A DNA stretch of 42,745 nt from the NCBI GenBank assembly GCA_041480025.1, contig JBGOZA010000002.1:1-42745 (forward strand), in the 5' to 3' direction. Position numbers and translations under genes: made by a program. The number at the start of each line of letters is the position of its first letter. The stretch's first letter is position 1. Origin of the DNA: Candidatus Bathyarchaeia archaeon (lineage in GTDB: Archaea; Thermoproteota; Bathyarchaeia; RBG-16-48-13; GCA-020355125). The notes below the pieces were generated by a model. It was not told where the DNA came from. It worked only from the letters and a program-made list of their open reading frames with translations, and searched no databases. This document shows, in pieces, positions 8,114 through 16,708 of this stretch.

Positions 8114-9136
8114 CTAGAAGAAGTCTGTGAGAGAATCCTGCTGCAAAGGCGAAATAGGTCGGGCCTTTATTCCGAATTTTCTCCTTAAGTAGTCTGCAAA
8201 TTCTTCCTTGAAACCATGCACCGTTATTACCTCTCTTGGTCTTGCCTGTTTCACATATTCTATGAGCTGGTCAAAATCAGCATGGCTGCTTAATGGAAAA
8301 GCGGCTTCCCTCCTTAGAAACCGTTTTCCAAGCGCCCAACCTGTAGCAACAGCCAGAGAAGAGTTTGCAAGGCCAGCAACACCGCGGTCTTGAGAGCTTA
8401 TGCAAACGCATTCCCCTGTTTTCAACAATTCCTGAGCTTCGGTTGATGCAGAATTGAAATAATTCAGATTGACACCGTTTCTCACATACGCTTCAGTTAT
8501 CTCCGCCACAACACCTTCTGCAATAACCGGTATCCTAGTCATAACATTGAAAATCTTGATAATCTCCTGTGCTTTGCCTCCTGAATAAGCTCTAAAAACA
8601 GGAATCTTTCCAGTCTTAACTTGCTGAAGAGCCCATTCAACGATTTCTGCACAGGTAATAGTCAAATCCGGAAAAGTGTAGTAGGGGACACCATAAGTTG
8701 TTTCAAGAATTAGGCTGTCACATGGGATGCTCTCTGCAGCGCTTGTTGTGAACATGTTCCTGCAGTTGATATCGCCTGTGTAAACAACTGTGGAGCCTGA
8801 AGAACGAAGCTCAAACTGAGCTGAACCCAACATGTGACCAGCGTTATGTGCAATAATCTCAAACTCGTCAAGTTTCAGAGTCTGGTTGAAACCCAGTGGA
8901 ATCGCCTTGACAGGGGGTCTTCCCTGAATCACAGATGCAATATCAAACGTTTCAGGCGTTAGGTAACTCTCTGCTTCTGAGCTAATCTTACTCAAGTGGT
9001 CAGCGTGAGCGTGTGAAATGAAGACAGTGCAGTCTTTTCCCAGTTTCCTGGAAGGGTCAAAATGAACAAAACGATCTTTGAAGGCCAGGGTAACACCATT
9101 ACGCCAACCGAGTCGCAACTGGTTTCTTACCTCCAA
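8114..9136 (-). CDS. beta-CASP family metallo-beta-lactamase-fold nuclease
   Basis: MBL motifs ISHAHADHL, AGHMLGSAQ and YTGDIN. Beta-CASP motifs LETTYG (A), SSHADFDQL (B) and TVHG (C). TTG start. Confidence 0.75.
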   Translation of the reverse strand: MEVRNQLRLGWRNGVTLAFKDRFVHFDPSRKLGKDCTVFISHAHADHLSKISSEAESYLTPETFDIASVIQGRPPVKAIPLGFNQTLKLDEFEIIAHNAGHMLGSAQFELRSSGSTVVYTGDINCRNMFTTSAAESIPCDSLILETTYGVPYYTFPDLTITCAEIVEWALQQVKTGKIPVFRAYSGGKAQEIIKIFNVMTRIPVIAEGVVAEITEAYVRNGVNLNYFNSASTEAQELLKTGECVCISSQDRGVAGLANSSLAVATGWALGKRFLRREAAFPLSSHADFDQLIEYVKQARPREVITVHGFKEEFADYLRRKFGIKARPISPLQQDSLTDFF

Positions 9137-9198
9137 AGGAACCCCTGAACAAGCTTTGGCTTTAGATAGTGAGTTTATCTAAAAGGCTTTTCATATAA

Positions 9199-9525
9199 CT
9201 AGTGAAGAACTTCAATTCTCAGAACTGAGTTAAGGTTCACAAAAATCTCGCTCATCTCTTCTCTACCCGTGACTTGAGGAACAGGGTTAGCCAGAGTCGC
9301 CCTAATCACCACAGCTTCTGAATCTGAAAGCCATAATCCTGGAGGATCCTGTGATACAGCTGCTACAGTCCCCTCAATCCCAAAGCTGCGCTCAAGAACA
9401 ACCCTAACTTTCTTCCCACTGTATCTCTCAAGAATCTGGAGTACGGTAGGGCTAACGCCCGAAGACATTGTTAAACTATTAGCCTCGTTTATAGGATAAG
9501 TCTTTTCATAAAGTTTTGTAATCAA
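9199..9525 (-). CDS. hypothetical protein, possibly Sm-like (LSm) fold
   Basis: KKVRVVLERSFGIEGTVAAVSQDPPGLWLSDSEAV resembles an Sm1 motif and IFVNLNSVLRIEV an Sm2 motif. An alternative ATG start at 9468 would give 89 aa. Weak call. Confidence 0.35.
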   Translation of the reverse strand: MITKLYEKTYPINEANSLTMSSGVSPTVLQILERYSGKKVRVVLERSFGIEGTVAAVSQDPPGLWLSDSEAVVIRATLANPVPQVTGREEMSEIFVNLNSVLRIEVLH

Positions 9526-9594
9526 TTCTGTCTAACATTGTAGACACAGCTTCACCGCCAAAGACAAGGTAACGATACAGAGGAGAATGACACG

Positions 9595-11409
9595 ATGGCA
9601 AAGGCAAGCCAGAACCACATTTCTGATGTCGTACGTCATTACTCACTACTGTTCACTTTTCCTTCGTATCCAGTGCTCCTCGTATCCATAATTGTTTCAG
9701 CGATAGTAATGACTGCTGTAAGTCATCTCCTAGTATCACTGTCTTTTCAAGCTCTCCTGACTGGAATCGTTATTGGGTCCATAGTCTTCGTCATTCCGAC
9801 AATCTTGGCCGATCTTATTACGGCAGTGTTGTTTAGAGACACCCTTCTGAACCTGAGAAGACTGACCGCGCTTTCTTTTGTAGTAACAATGCTTTGGGTT
9901 ACAATAGTTGTTGCTGGCACTCTGCTTAGCATGGCAAGCGGGCTCTTCTCTACTATCATTTCTGTCTCGTTTGGGGGTTCATTTGCGATTGGGTTGAGAT
10001 TTCTTGTAGTAAGAAGCCTTTCAGCTTTCAGATCCTCAAGAGTTATTCTTCCAATCCTTCTTCAGCCATTGCTTTGCCTCTGTTCAGCAAACATAGTGTG
10101 GTATCCTATCTATGATGGTCTACTCCTTGCTATAGCGTTTTCAGGACTCTTGACCATTCTATCAGCCGAGATCCTTCTCCGTGCTCTAGACATTCACGGT
10201 GAAAGATCCCAAGGTCTTAAGACAATGAAGTTGTTCCGAGGTTTTATCGCAGATTGGCTGGAGGGCATCTCTGAACCCCTAGAAGATATATTGGAGTCTA
10301 TGTCCAAGACAGCGAATGTCTCGGCTAGACTCCTGAATTTCAAGAAGAAAGACCAGTCGCAAGGCCTAATAGTTGTAGTTGATGCTCATCCTGGGCCCTT
10401 TAAGAACGTTGGAAGCAGCAATCTACCATTCGAGATTCAGGACGCACTTGGCCAGAAGACGGGTTCCACGGTAATAGTCCCACATGGCTCTTCAGGTCAT
10501 GAACGCGATTTAGCATCAAGAGAATATTGTCAGAAACTAATAGATGACATAATTCTGTCCATGGATTCATCTTGGTCCTTTGATTCGGCGTCTCAAATGA
10601 CTCGGTGTGACTCCGGAGGAGCACGAGCATCATGTCAGATGTTCGGTGATGTTGCCTTTTTGACTCTTACACTGGCTCCAGATAGTATGGAGGACATACC
10701 CTTCGAAATAGGAATCGAAATAATCGACAGAGCTAAGGCAATTGGTGCAAAGGATGCAGTCGTAATAGACGCACACAATAGCATCGAAGATGTTTCTGAC
10801 TTCTCAGCGCTTGAGCCTTCTCAGTTGGAGGGTCTCAAGATAGCTGCTGAATCTGCAGTTAAGACTGCTCTTGCGAAGAAGAGAGGGGTCTTCGAATTCG
10901 GCATTAATCGAATCGTACCAGAGGAACTGGGGCCAAAAGAGGGGCTGGGTCCAGGAGGCATCGCTGTAGCAGTAGTCCAGACACAGGGTCAAAGAGCAGC
11001 ATACATAGTCTTTGATGGAAACAATGTCATAACTGGATTCAGAGAAGACGTCCGCAAAACCTTGGGCTCTCTTGTAGATGATTGTGAGGTTCTTACAACA
11101 GACACCCACGCTGTAAATGCGCTTTCAACGACACAAAGAGGCTACCATCCCGTGGGTGAGGTTGGGGACAAAGACATACTGTTAGCACACGTCAAAGCTT
11201 GTACTCTAAAAGCAATATCTCAGCTTGAACGCTGCAGCGTTGTCTACAACAGTGTCAGCGTCTCCGGAATGCTTGTTGTTGGCGAAGAGAAACTGAGAAA
11301 CGTTACCACTCTTGTTGACTCCTCAGTTAGATGGTTCCGGAACCTGGCGATATTGATCTACACGCCTACTATTGCCTTGATGCTGGCGATGTTCATGTTT
11401 CTCACGTAA
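9595..11409 (+). CDS. DUF2070-family archaeal membrane protein
   Basis: 604 aa. About 200 aa of multi-TM N-terminus, a large soluble domain and a terminal TM match the size and architecture of DUF2070/COG3356. Family name is from memory. Confidence 0.55.
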   Translation: MAKASQNHISDVVRHYSLLFTFPSYPVLLVSIIVSAIVMTAVSHLLVSLSFQALLTGIVIGSIVFVIPTILADLITAVLFRDTLLNLRRLTALSFVVTMLWVTIVVAGTLLSMASGLFSTIISVSFGGSFAIGLRFLVVRSLSAFRSSRVILPILLQPLLCLCSANIVWYPIYDGLLLAIAFSGLLTILSAEILLRALDIHGERSQGLKTMKLFRGFIADWLEGISEPLEDILESMSKTANVSARLLNFKKKDQSQGLIVVVDAHPGPFKNVGSSNLPFEIQDALGQKTGSTVIVPHGSSGHERDLASREYCQKLIDDIILSMDSSWSFDSASQMTRCDSGGARASCQMFGDVAFLTLTLAPDSMEDIPFEIGIEIIDRAKAIGAKDAVVIDAHNSIEDVSDFSALEPSQLEGLKIAAESAVKTALAKKRGVFEFGINRIVPEELGPKEGLGPGGIAVAVVQTQGQRAAYIVFDGNNVITGFREDVRKTLGSLVDDCEVLTTDTHAVNALSTTQRGYHPVGEVGDKDILLAHVKACTLKAISQLERCSVVYNSVSVSGMLVVGEEKLRNVTTLVDSSVRWFRNLAILIYTPTIALMLAMFMFLT

Positions 11410-11420
11410 CTTCATCAAAC

Positions 11421-11427
11421 TTATATT
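11421..11427 (+). promoter_or_regulatory. candidate TATA box for alba
   Basis: TTATATT lies about 50 nt upstream of the alba ATG. GGAGG at 11461-11465 is a likely SD. Confidence 0.3.
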
Positions 11428-11474
11428 GGCGCCAGACTAACTAGCTGACAGTTTATCTCAGGAGGACCTACCCG

Positions 11475-11804
11475 ATGCAAGATAGCAGATCAGAAAATGT
11501 TGTCCTAATCGGGAAAAAACCAATAATGAATTATGTTGTTGCTTGCCTGACACTCTTCAACTCTGGAAAGTCCTACGTGGTTGTTCGGGCTCGTGGAATG
11601 GCGATCTCAAGAGCTATAGATACGGTGCAACTGCTCGGAAAGGCCTTTGTGAAAAACCTCGAGATAAAGGACATAAACATAGGTACACAAGAATTCATGA
11701 AGGAAGACAACGTTGAGTCAAGTTCTTCAACAATAGAAATAACAATCAACAAACCTTCATCAAACATTATTCAATTCGAATCTGGGAACAACAAGGGCGA
11801 TTAA
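11475..11804 (+). CDS. albA: DNA/RNA-binding protein Alba
   Basis: NVVLIGKKPIMNYVVACLTLFNSG...VVVRARGMAISRAIDTVQLL is the canonical Alba core. Confidence 0.85.
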   Translation: MQDSRSENVVLIGKKPIMNYVVACLTLFNSGKSYVVVRARGMAISRAIDTVQLLGKAFVKNLEIKDINIGTQEFMKEDNVESSSSTIEITINKPSSNIIQFESGNNKGD

Positions 11805-11806
11805 GG

Positions 11807-13123
11807 ATGTCCCTTCCCAGAATTGTTGTGACTCCTCCTGGACCAAAATCAAGGGCCTTAACTCAAACAAGCTCAGGCTATATGTCTCCTTCAATATCTC
11901 ACGATTATCCTGCAGTATTTGAGTCAGCTGAGAACTGCAAAGTCAAAGATGTAGACGGAAACGAGTTCATCGATTTCACAGCTGCAGGAGGAATTATGAA
12001 TATTGGACACAATCATCCAAGAGTATTGAATGCCATAAAGCAGCAAGCTGATAAGGCAGTCAACTATGGGTTAGATATCGCTTACTATGAGCTAATTCCA
12101 CAGCTATCCAATGCGCTGAAAGGGATCCTGCCTGGTGGAGGTGAGAAACGTTTCTTCTACAGCACCAGTGGCAGTGAAGCTGTTGAAGCTGCGCTGAAAA
12201 CAGCTGCTTGGCACACTAGAGGTCAGACATTCTTCAGCTTCTTGGGTAGTATGCATGGAAGAACACTAGGAGCACTCAGCATTTCCAGCGCCAACCCAAT
12301 TCACAAGAAGCATTTTCCAAGCCTTCTAAGAACTGTTAACATCTCCTATCCCTATTGTTATCGTTGCCCTCTGGGCCAAGACGCTTCGAATTGCCATTGT
12401 ATCTGCCTTGATTTTCTTGAGAACAGCCTAGCAAAATCTGTTCCCATTGAAGACGTGGCCGCCATCGCTTTGGAACCAATACAAGGTGAAGGATGCGTTG
12501 TGCCTCCTGAAGCCTTCTTCAAGCGTCTCCAGAAGCTGGTCAGAGAACTGGGCATTCTCCTCATTGCAGATGAGACATTGACAGGCATTGGGAGAACAGG
12601 TCGATGGCTCGGTCTAGATAATTGGGAAGTAACGCCGGATATCACATGCATAAATGGTTCTCTTTCATCAGGTTTGCCGCTTGGTGTAACAGTTGCTCAG
12701 GAGAACGTAATGGATTGGGAGCCCGATTCACATGATTGCACGTTAGGAGGAAATCCTCTTGCGTGTGCATCAGCTCTTGCTGTCCTAGACGTTATTCGCT
12801 CAGAACATTTGTTGGAGAACGCTGTAACGCAGGGAAGATACTTGTTACAACGTCTTGGAGAAATAGCAGAGAAGTACCCCTCAATAGGAGAAGTAAGAGG
12901 CAAAGGGCTGCTAATCGGTCTCGAGATCGTTAAGGATACCAAGGAGCCTAACCATGCGGCTGCCAAAGACATAGTTACAAGAAGCTGGCAGCGAGGTATA
13001 TTGACGCAACTTGTGGGTGAATCAACTATACGTCTCTCTCCTCCTCTAAGCATCTCTCAGCCTTTGATTGACTCTGCCCTTGAGATCTTAGAAGGAGTAT
13101 TTCACGAAACTTCCATTCAATGA
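11807..13123 (+). CDS. class-III (GabT/ArgD-like) aminotransferase homologue lacking the PLP-binding lysine
   Basis: PGPKS, DVDGNEFIDF, GHNHPRV, SGSEAVEAALK, GSMHGRT and GGNPLACA are all class-III motifs. The expected DEVQTG is DETLTG. The expected lysine in PD(I/L)xxxAK(G/S) reads PDITCINGS, with Gly284 at 12656-12658. Confidence 0.8.
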   Translation: MSLPRIVVTPPGPKSRALTQTSSGYMSPSISHDYPAVFESAENCKVKDVDGNEFIDFTAAGGIMNIGHNHPRVLNAIKQQADKAVNYGLDIAYYELIPQLSNALKGILPGGGEKRFFYSTSGSEAVEAALKTAAWHTRGQTFFSFLGSMHGRTLGALSISSANPIHKKHFPSLLRTVNISYPYCYRCPLGQDASNCHCICLDFLENSLAKSVPIEDVAAIALEPIQGEGCVVPPEAFFKRLQKLVRELGILLIADETLTGIGRTGRWLGLDNWEVTPDITCINGSLSSGLPLGVTVAQENVMDWEPDSHDCTLGGNPLACASALAVLDVIRSEHLLENAVTQGRYLLQRLGEIAEKYPSIGEVRGKGLLIGLEIVKDTKEPNHAAAKDIVTRSWQRGILTQLVGESTIRLSPPLSISQPLIDSALEILEGVFHETSIQ

Positions 13124-13428
13124 TGCTCTTTTCAGTTCGGTGCGCGATAGAATGGGTCTGTATGGTGTAAGTAACTACTCTGGCGCGCACAAATTCTTTG
13201 CTAGAGCGCGCTAAAAATTGGACGTTTGAATGGGATTCGATTTATTGGAGTTGGAAAGCAACTGAATTCTCCCAACCCAACCGGGGCTCTGCTCGATTCA
13301 GCCGTAAGGCCATTCTATTGAATCATCGTCAACAATGAGTCGGCAGATGAGACGCACTAGAATCAGTGTAGGCTAACGCAATCAACTTTATCTTGAAGGT
13401 TAATGATGTATTCCCGAGGTTCAGTTTT

Positions 13429-13707
13429 ATGCCTGTGTGTCCGAAATGCGGAAACGAAATGCGGGAAGGAGAAGCCTTCGTTCCGGTCTCTGTTGCAGAA
13501 GTTCAGACGTCTACTACTCCGGGGATGTTGGGTATGCCTGGAGTAAGTATGCCTTCAATTGAGACATCTAGAGATGAGAAGGTTCTCTGGAGAGAAAGAG
13601 GGGGAGAAAAGAGAGGTCTCTTCGGGAGAAGTGGTTTGAGAATTATCAGGATACAGGGAATGAGATGTGTTCAATGCGGCTACATAGAGTTCTATGCCCA
13701 AGGATGA
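13429..13707 (+). CDS. zinc-ribbon protein, function unknown
   Basis: CPKCGNEM at the N-terminus and CVQCGYIEF at the C-terminus bracket a low-complexity middle. The ATG at 13429 is preferred over the track start at 13393. Confidence 0.45.
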   Translation: MPVCPKCGNEMREGEAFVPVSVAEVQTSTTPGMLGMPGVSMPSIETSRDEKVLWRERGGEKRGLFGRSGLRIIRIQGMRCVQCGYIEFYAQG

Positions 13708-13768
13708 ACCAGTAAGTCATCTCAATTCTCTTCCAGTACTGTCTCAGGCATATGAGTTCTGACGAGTT

Positions 13769-14419
13769 CTAGACACGAGCTTTTGCCCTAATTATGTCCA
13801 GATATCTGCCAAACGGTCCTCCAAGTACCAAGCTGAGCGCAAAGCCTATGGCAGAACTGGTTACAAACTTGTCAAATTCTATTCCCACAATCAAGACATT
13901 AATGATGAAAGATATTCCCGACCAAAAAGTCACGTAGGCTATCGTATCCACAAAGAATTTCCTGACCAGAAGACTGCTACTCTGATATCCTCTACTATAC
14001 TTGAGTCTTATATCTTCCATTGTTAGGGTTCCGGCCATATGATCTTTATGAAGCACGATCAGTCTCGATATTCCCGACTGTTCCATCTTTCCCATAGCTG
14101 AAGAAATCAGGTCATTACAGTCGACGTTGACTACAGGACTGGACATAACCTGATCAATACTCGTTACACCAACGTCCAAACCACCTTCTATGATCCTGTT
14201 CATGAGGTCCTGTCTGGTGAAGATTCCCACCGGATGGCCGTCCTCAATAACAATAATGCTCTCAGCATTCTCACAGATCATTTTCTGAACTGCGTCGGTA
14301 ACAGAACTGCCTGCTTGAATAGTTACAAGTGAAGTAGTCATTACCTCATTAACCTTGGGCAGGAAAAGATTCTCTACTAGTTCAACACCCTTTCGCAGCA
14401 CATCTATGCGCCTCTTCAA
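13769..14419 (-). CDS. CBS-pair protein with C-terminal transmembrane segment(s)
   Basis: Two CBS repeats (VMTTSLVTIQAGSSVTDAVQKM..ESIIVIEDGHPVGIFTRQDL and VMSSPVVNVDCNDLISSAMGKM..ISRLIVL). Hydrophobic helices follow (TIAYVTFWSGISFIINVLIVGI and AIGFALSLVLGGPF). TTG start. Confidence 0.7.
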   Translation of the reverse strand: MKRRIDVLRKGVELVENLFLPKVNEVMTTSLVTIQAGSSVTDAVQKMICENAESIIVIEDGHPVGIFTRQDLMNRIIEGGLDVGVTSIDQVMSSPVVNVDCNDLISSAMGKMEQSGISRLIVLHKDHMAGTLTMEDIRLKYSRGYQSSSLLVRKFFVDTIAYVTFWSGISFIINVLIVGIEFDKFVTSSAIGFALSLVLGGPFGRYLDIIRAKARV

Positions 14420-14485
14420 CCCCTGTAAACCGGAATGCTGGATGACTCAGATTTCCCTGTATTCATAGAAAAGGCTTTATACCTA

Positions 14486-14492
14486 TTTTATA
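14486..14492 (+). promoter_or_regulatory. candidate TATA box for the inositol-1-phosphate synthase gene
   Basis: TTTTATA lies 21-27 nt upstream of the TTG start, implying a very short or absent leader. Confidence 0.25.
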
Positions 14493-14512
14493 CCCGTAAA
14501 ATATGAATCACT

Positions 14513-15586
14513 TTGCCAGAACTTAGAGCAGCTATTGTAGGAGTAGGAAACTCTTCCTCAGCCTTGATACAAGGATGCAATTTCTACAAGAATGCAAGTG
14601 AGGAGGAATTCATTCCTGGTTTACTACACGCCAGCTTCGGCGGATATCATGTTCGAGACATCAAATTCGTCGCTGCATTTGATATTGATGAAAGAAAAGT
14701 CGGCAGTGATCTAGGTGAAGCAATATACTCAGAGCCGAATAATACGCGCGTTTTCTCAAAAGTCGCAAAGCTCGGAGTGAAGGTCGCTAAAGGTAATCAA
14801 CTAGATGGCTTGGGAAAGTTCCAGAAGCAGGTAGTCAAAGTCAACCCCAAAGACCCTCAGAGCGACGTGTCAGGAATCCTTCGTGAATCAAAGGCAGATC
14901 TACTAATCAACTATCTTCCGGTCGGAAGTGACAAAGCAACAAGATGGTATGCGCAACAAGCAATAGATGCTGAATGCGCACTCGTAAACTGCATCCCAAG
15001 TTTCATAGCATCTGTTCCACAATGGCAACACAAATTTGAGAAGGCTAAGCTTCCTGTTGCGGGAGATGACGTTATGAGTCAGGTGGGCGCAACAGTGACA
15101 CACAAGACTCTGGCCAAGATGCTGGTTGACCGAGGGGCTCTGATAGAAGAAAGCTATCAACTCAACGTTGGAGGCGATACAGACTTCCTCAACATGCTTG
15201 AAGAGGAAAGGCTCGTCAGCAAAAGAGAGAGCAAAACAAGCGCAGTCGCGGCTATGATCCCCTACAAGGTTCCCCTAAAGATTGGTCCGAGTGACTACAT
15301 ACCATTCCTGAACAACAAGAAGATCTGCTACATCTGGTTTAAAGGAAAATATTTTGGTGACACACCCTTCAATCTGGATTTGAAGCTAGATGTAGTGGAT
15401 TCACCTGACAGTGCTGGAATAGTCATAGACGCGATACGTGCCACAAAACTAGCGAGGGACCGTGGAGTCAAAGGAGCATTGACAAGCATCTCTGCCTACG
15501 CTTTCAAGCACCCGCCTATTCAGACCCCCTATGAGGTCGCCAGAAACTGGGTTGAAGAATTCATTCAAGGGAAGAGAGAACGCTAG
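14513..15586 (+). CDS. myo-inositol-1-phosphate synthase (archaeal short form)
   Basis: AIVGVGNSSSALIQG NAD-binding N-terminus. FVAAFDID..KVG, NYLPVGS, AGDD..SQ.GAT and SKRESKTSA are typical MIPS motifs. Confidence 0.85.
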   Translation: MPELRAAIVGVGNSSSALIQGCNFYKNASEEEFIPGLLHASFGGYHVRDIKFVAAFDIDERKVGSDLGEAIYSEPNNTRVFSKVAKLGVKVAKGNQLDGLGKFQKQVVKVNPKDPQSDVSGILRESKADLLINYLPVGSDKATRWYAQQAIDAECALVNCIPSFIASVPQWQHKFEKAKLPVAGDDVMSQVGATVTHKTLAKMLVDRGALIEESYQLNVGGDTDFLNMLEEERLVSKRESKTSAVAAMIPYKVPLKIGPSDYIPFLNNKKICYIWFKGKYFGDTPFNLDLKLDVVDSPDSAGIVIDAIRATKLARDRGVKGALTSISAYAFKHPPIQTPYEVARNWVEEFIQGKRER

Positions 15587-15598
15587 ACTAGCACTGAA

Positions 15599-15748
15599 CT
15601 AAGTCGCTTCGTGCCATAGCTCTTTCTTCAACATATCTCTAACTGCTGCCCTTATAGCGGAGCTCCTACTAGGATACATGCCTTGTTTGACCAAATCATC
15701 AAGACCCTTGATAAGTCCTTCAGGAAGCTTAACAGTGACCAGTTTCAT
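15599..15748 (-). CDS. ribbon-helix-helix (CopG/MetJ-type) DNA-binding protein, 49 aa
   Basis: Not in the ORF track because it is under 60 aa. My translation is MKLVTVKLPEGLIKGLDDLVKQGMYPSRSSAIRAAVRDMLKKELWHEAT. That is a beta-strand, helix, and S(R)S.AIR helix typical of RHH. GGTGA lies 7 nt upstream of the ATG. Confidence 0.6.
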   Translation of the reverse strand: MKLVTVKLPEGLIKGLDDLVKQGMYPSRSSAIRAAVRDMLKKELWHEAT

Positions 15749-15843
15749 ATTCTCACCCTAATTCCTAACTGAGACCTATATCTAGGAGTATTACATTTGA
15801 AACACTGACATTAGCTTTTGGGTCGCTGATGTCAAGAGAAGAT

Positions 15844-16598
15844 TCATTTCGACTTGGCCTCGTCCCAGAGGAACTGAAAATACTCTCTTGCCAGTGAAGC
15901 CAGCCCAGCATGGTCAGAACACAATGCTAGGTAATCATCTGTGTCTCCTGAACCTAGCAGAAGAACCACTCGTCTATCATCAGACACTACTCCTCCACCG
16001 AACATACGCTCTTTGACCCGAACCTCACCCAGTTCGGACAGTTTCTGAATAATCTCCTCATCCATATCTTTCGTAACCATCAGTTTAATCTCAACTCCCA
16101 TACTGCTTAGATGTTCCAGATCCTTCAGAATCACGTCTATGATTGGGCGCGGAGGAGGGGCGGTCGCTACCATCAAAGTTTGCCTCGCCGAATTCAAGGC
16201 TTCACGCATCCGGGCAAGCATATTGAAGGCTCCTCTAGCTATCCATATGTCAGGCCGCTCCTGAATTTCTTTAGAAGCGTAGAGTGGTTCCAGATCGGTC
16301 TTGGCAAGGTCCAGATTACTCTGGAGATTAGACTCAATGTTTAGACGTGTAGCCTCCAAAGCTTCTGAGGGATGTTTTGGAAAATACTTCTTCGGCCGCG
16401 AATTCTCGACCTCAACCCAGCCTTTGTTTTCAAGACTAGAAAGAACATCGTATATCTTGGAATAGGGTACCCCTGCTTCCTTACTTTCTGGCTCGCTTCA
16501 CACGGGCCTTTCTCAAGCAGCGCCGTATACGCATTGATCTCGTATCCTGTTAAGCCTATTTCTCTGAGGGCTCTCTTTGCTCTTTCAGTGATGACCAT
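15844..16598 (-). pseudogene. TrmB-family transcriptional regulator interrupted by a 1-nt frameshift
   Basis: Frame A (from ATG 16598) reads MVITERAKRALREIGLTGYEINAYTALLEKGPCEASQK. Frame B continues SKEAGVPYSKIYDVLSSLENKGWVEVENSRPKKYFPKHPSEALEATRLNIES and into ORF 15844..16359, the TrmB C-terminal domain. The frames join if one A is added to the A3 run (plus-strand TTT at 16485-16487). Confidence 0.75.
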
Positions 16599-16708
16599 TT
16601 GTTGAGCACCATACTCGTTGAGAACTTGGGTGAGGTTTTCCCCCTTCTCACCGGGTTCTTTGTTTGGAAACTCCTTTATAACACTGCTCCAATCTACCAC
16701 CACCACAA

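Noticed and set aside
13204-13213. GAGCGCGCTA shared between spacers at 13204-13213 and 23185-23194, plus other GCGCGC-type runs in spacers (114-127, 41425-41432, 41518-41524 and 41825-41833).
   Set aside because: Identical 10-mers are expected by chance hundreds of times in a 42.7-kb window, and the flanks are not conserved. The apparent intergenic bias of CG-rich palindromes is suggestive but cannot be supported without genome-wide counts.
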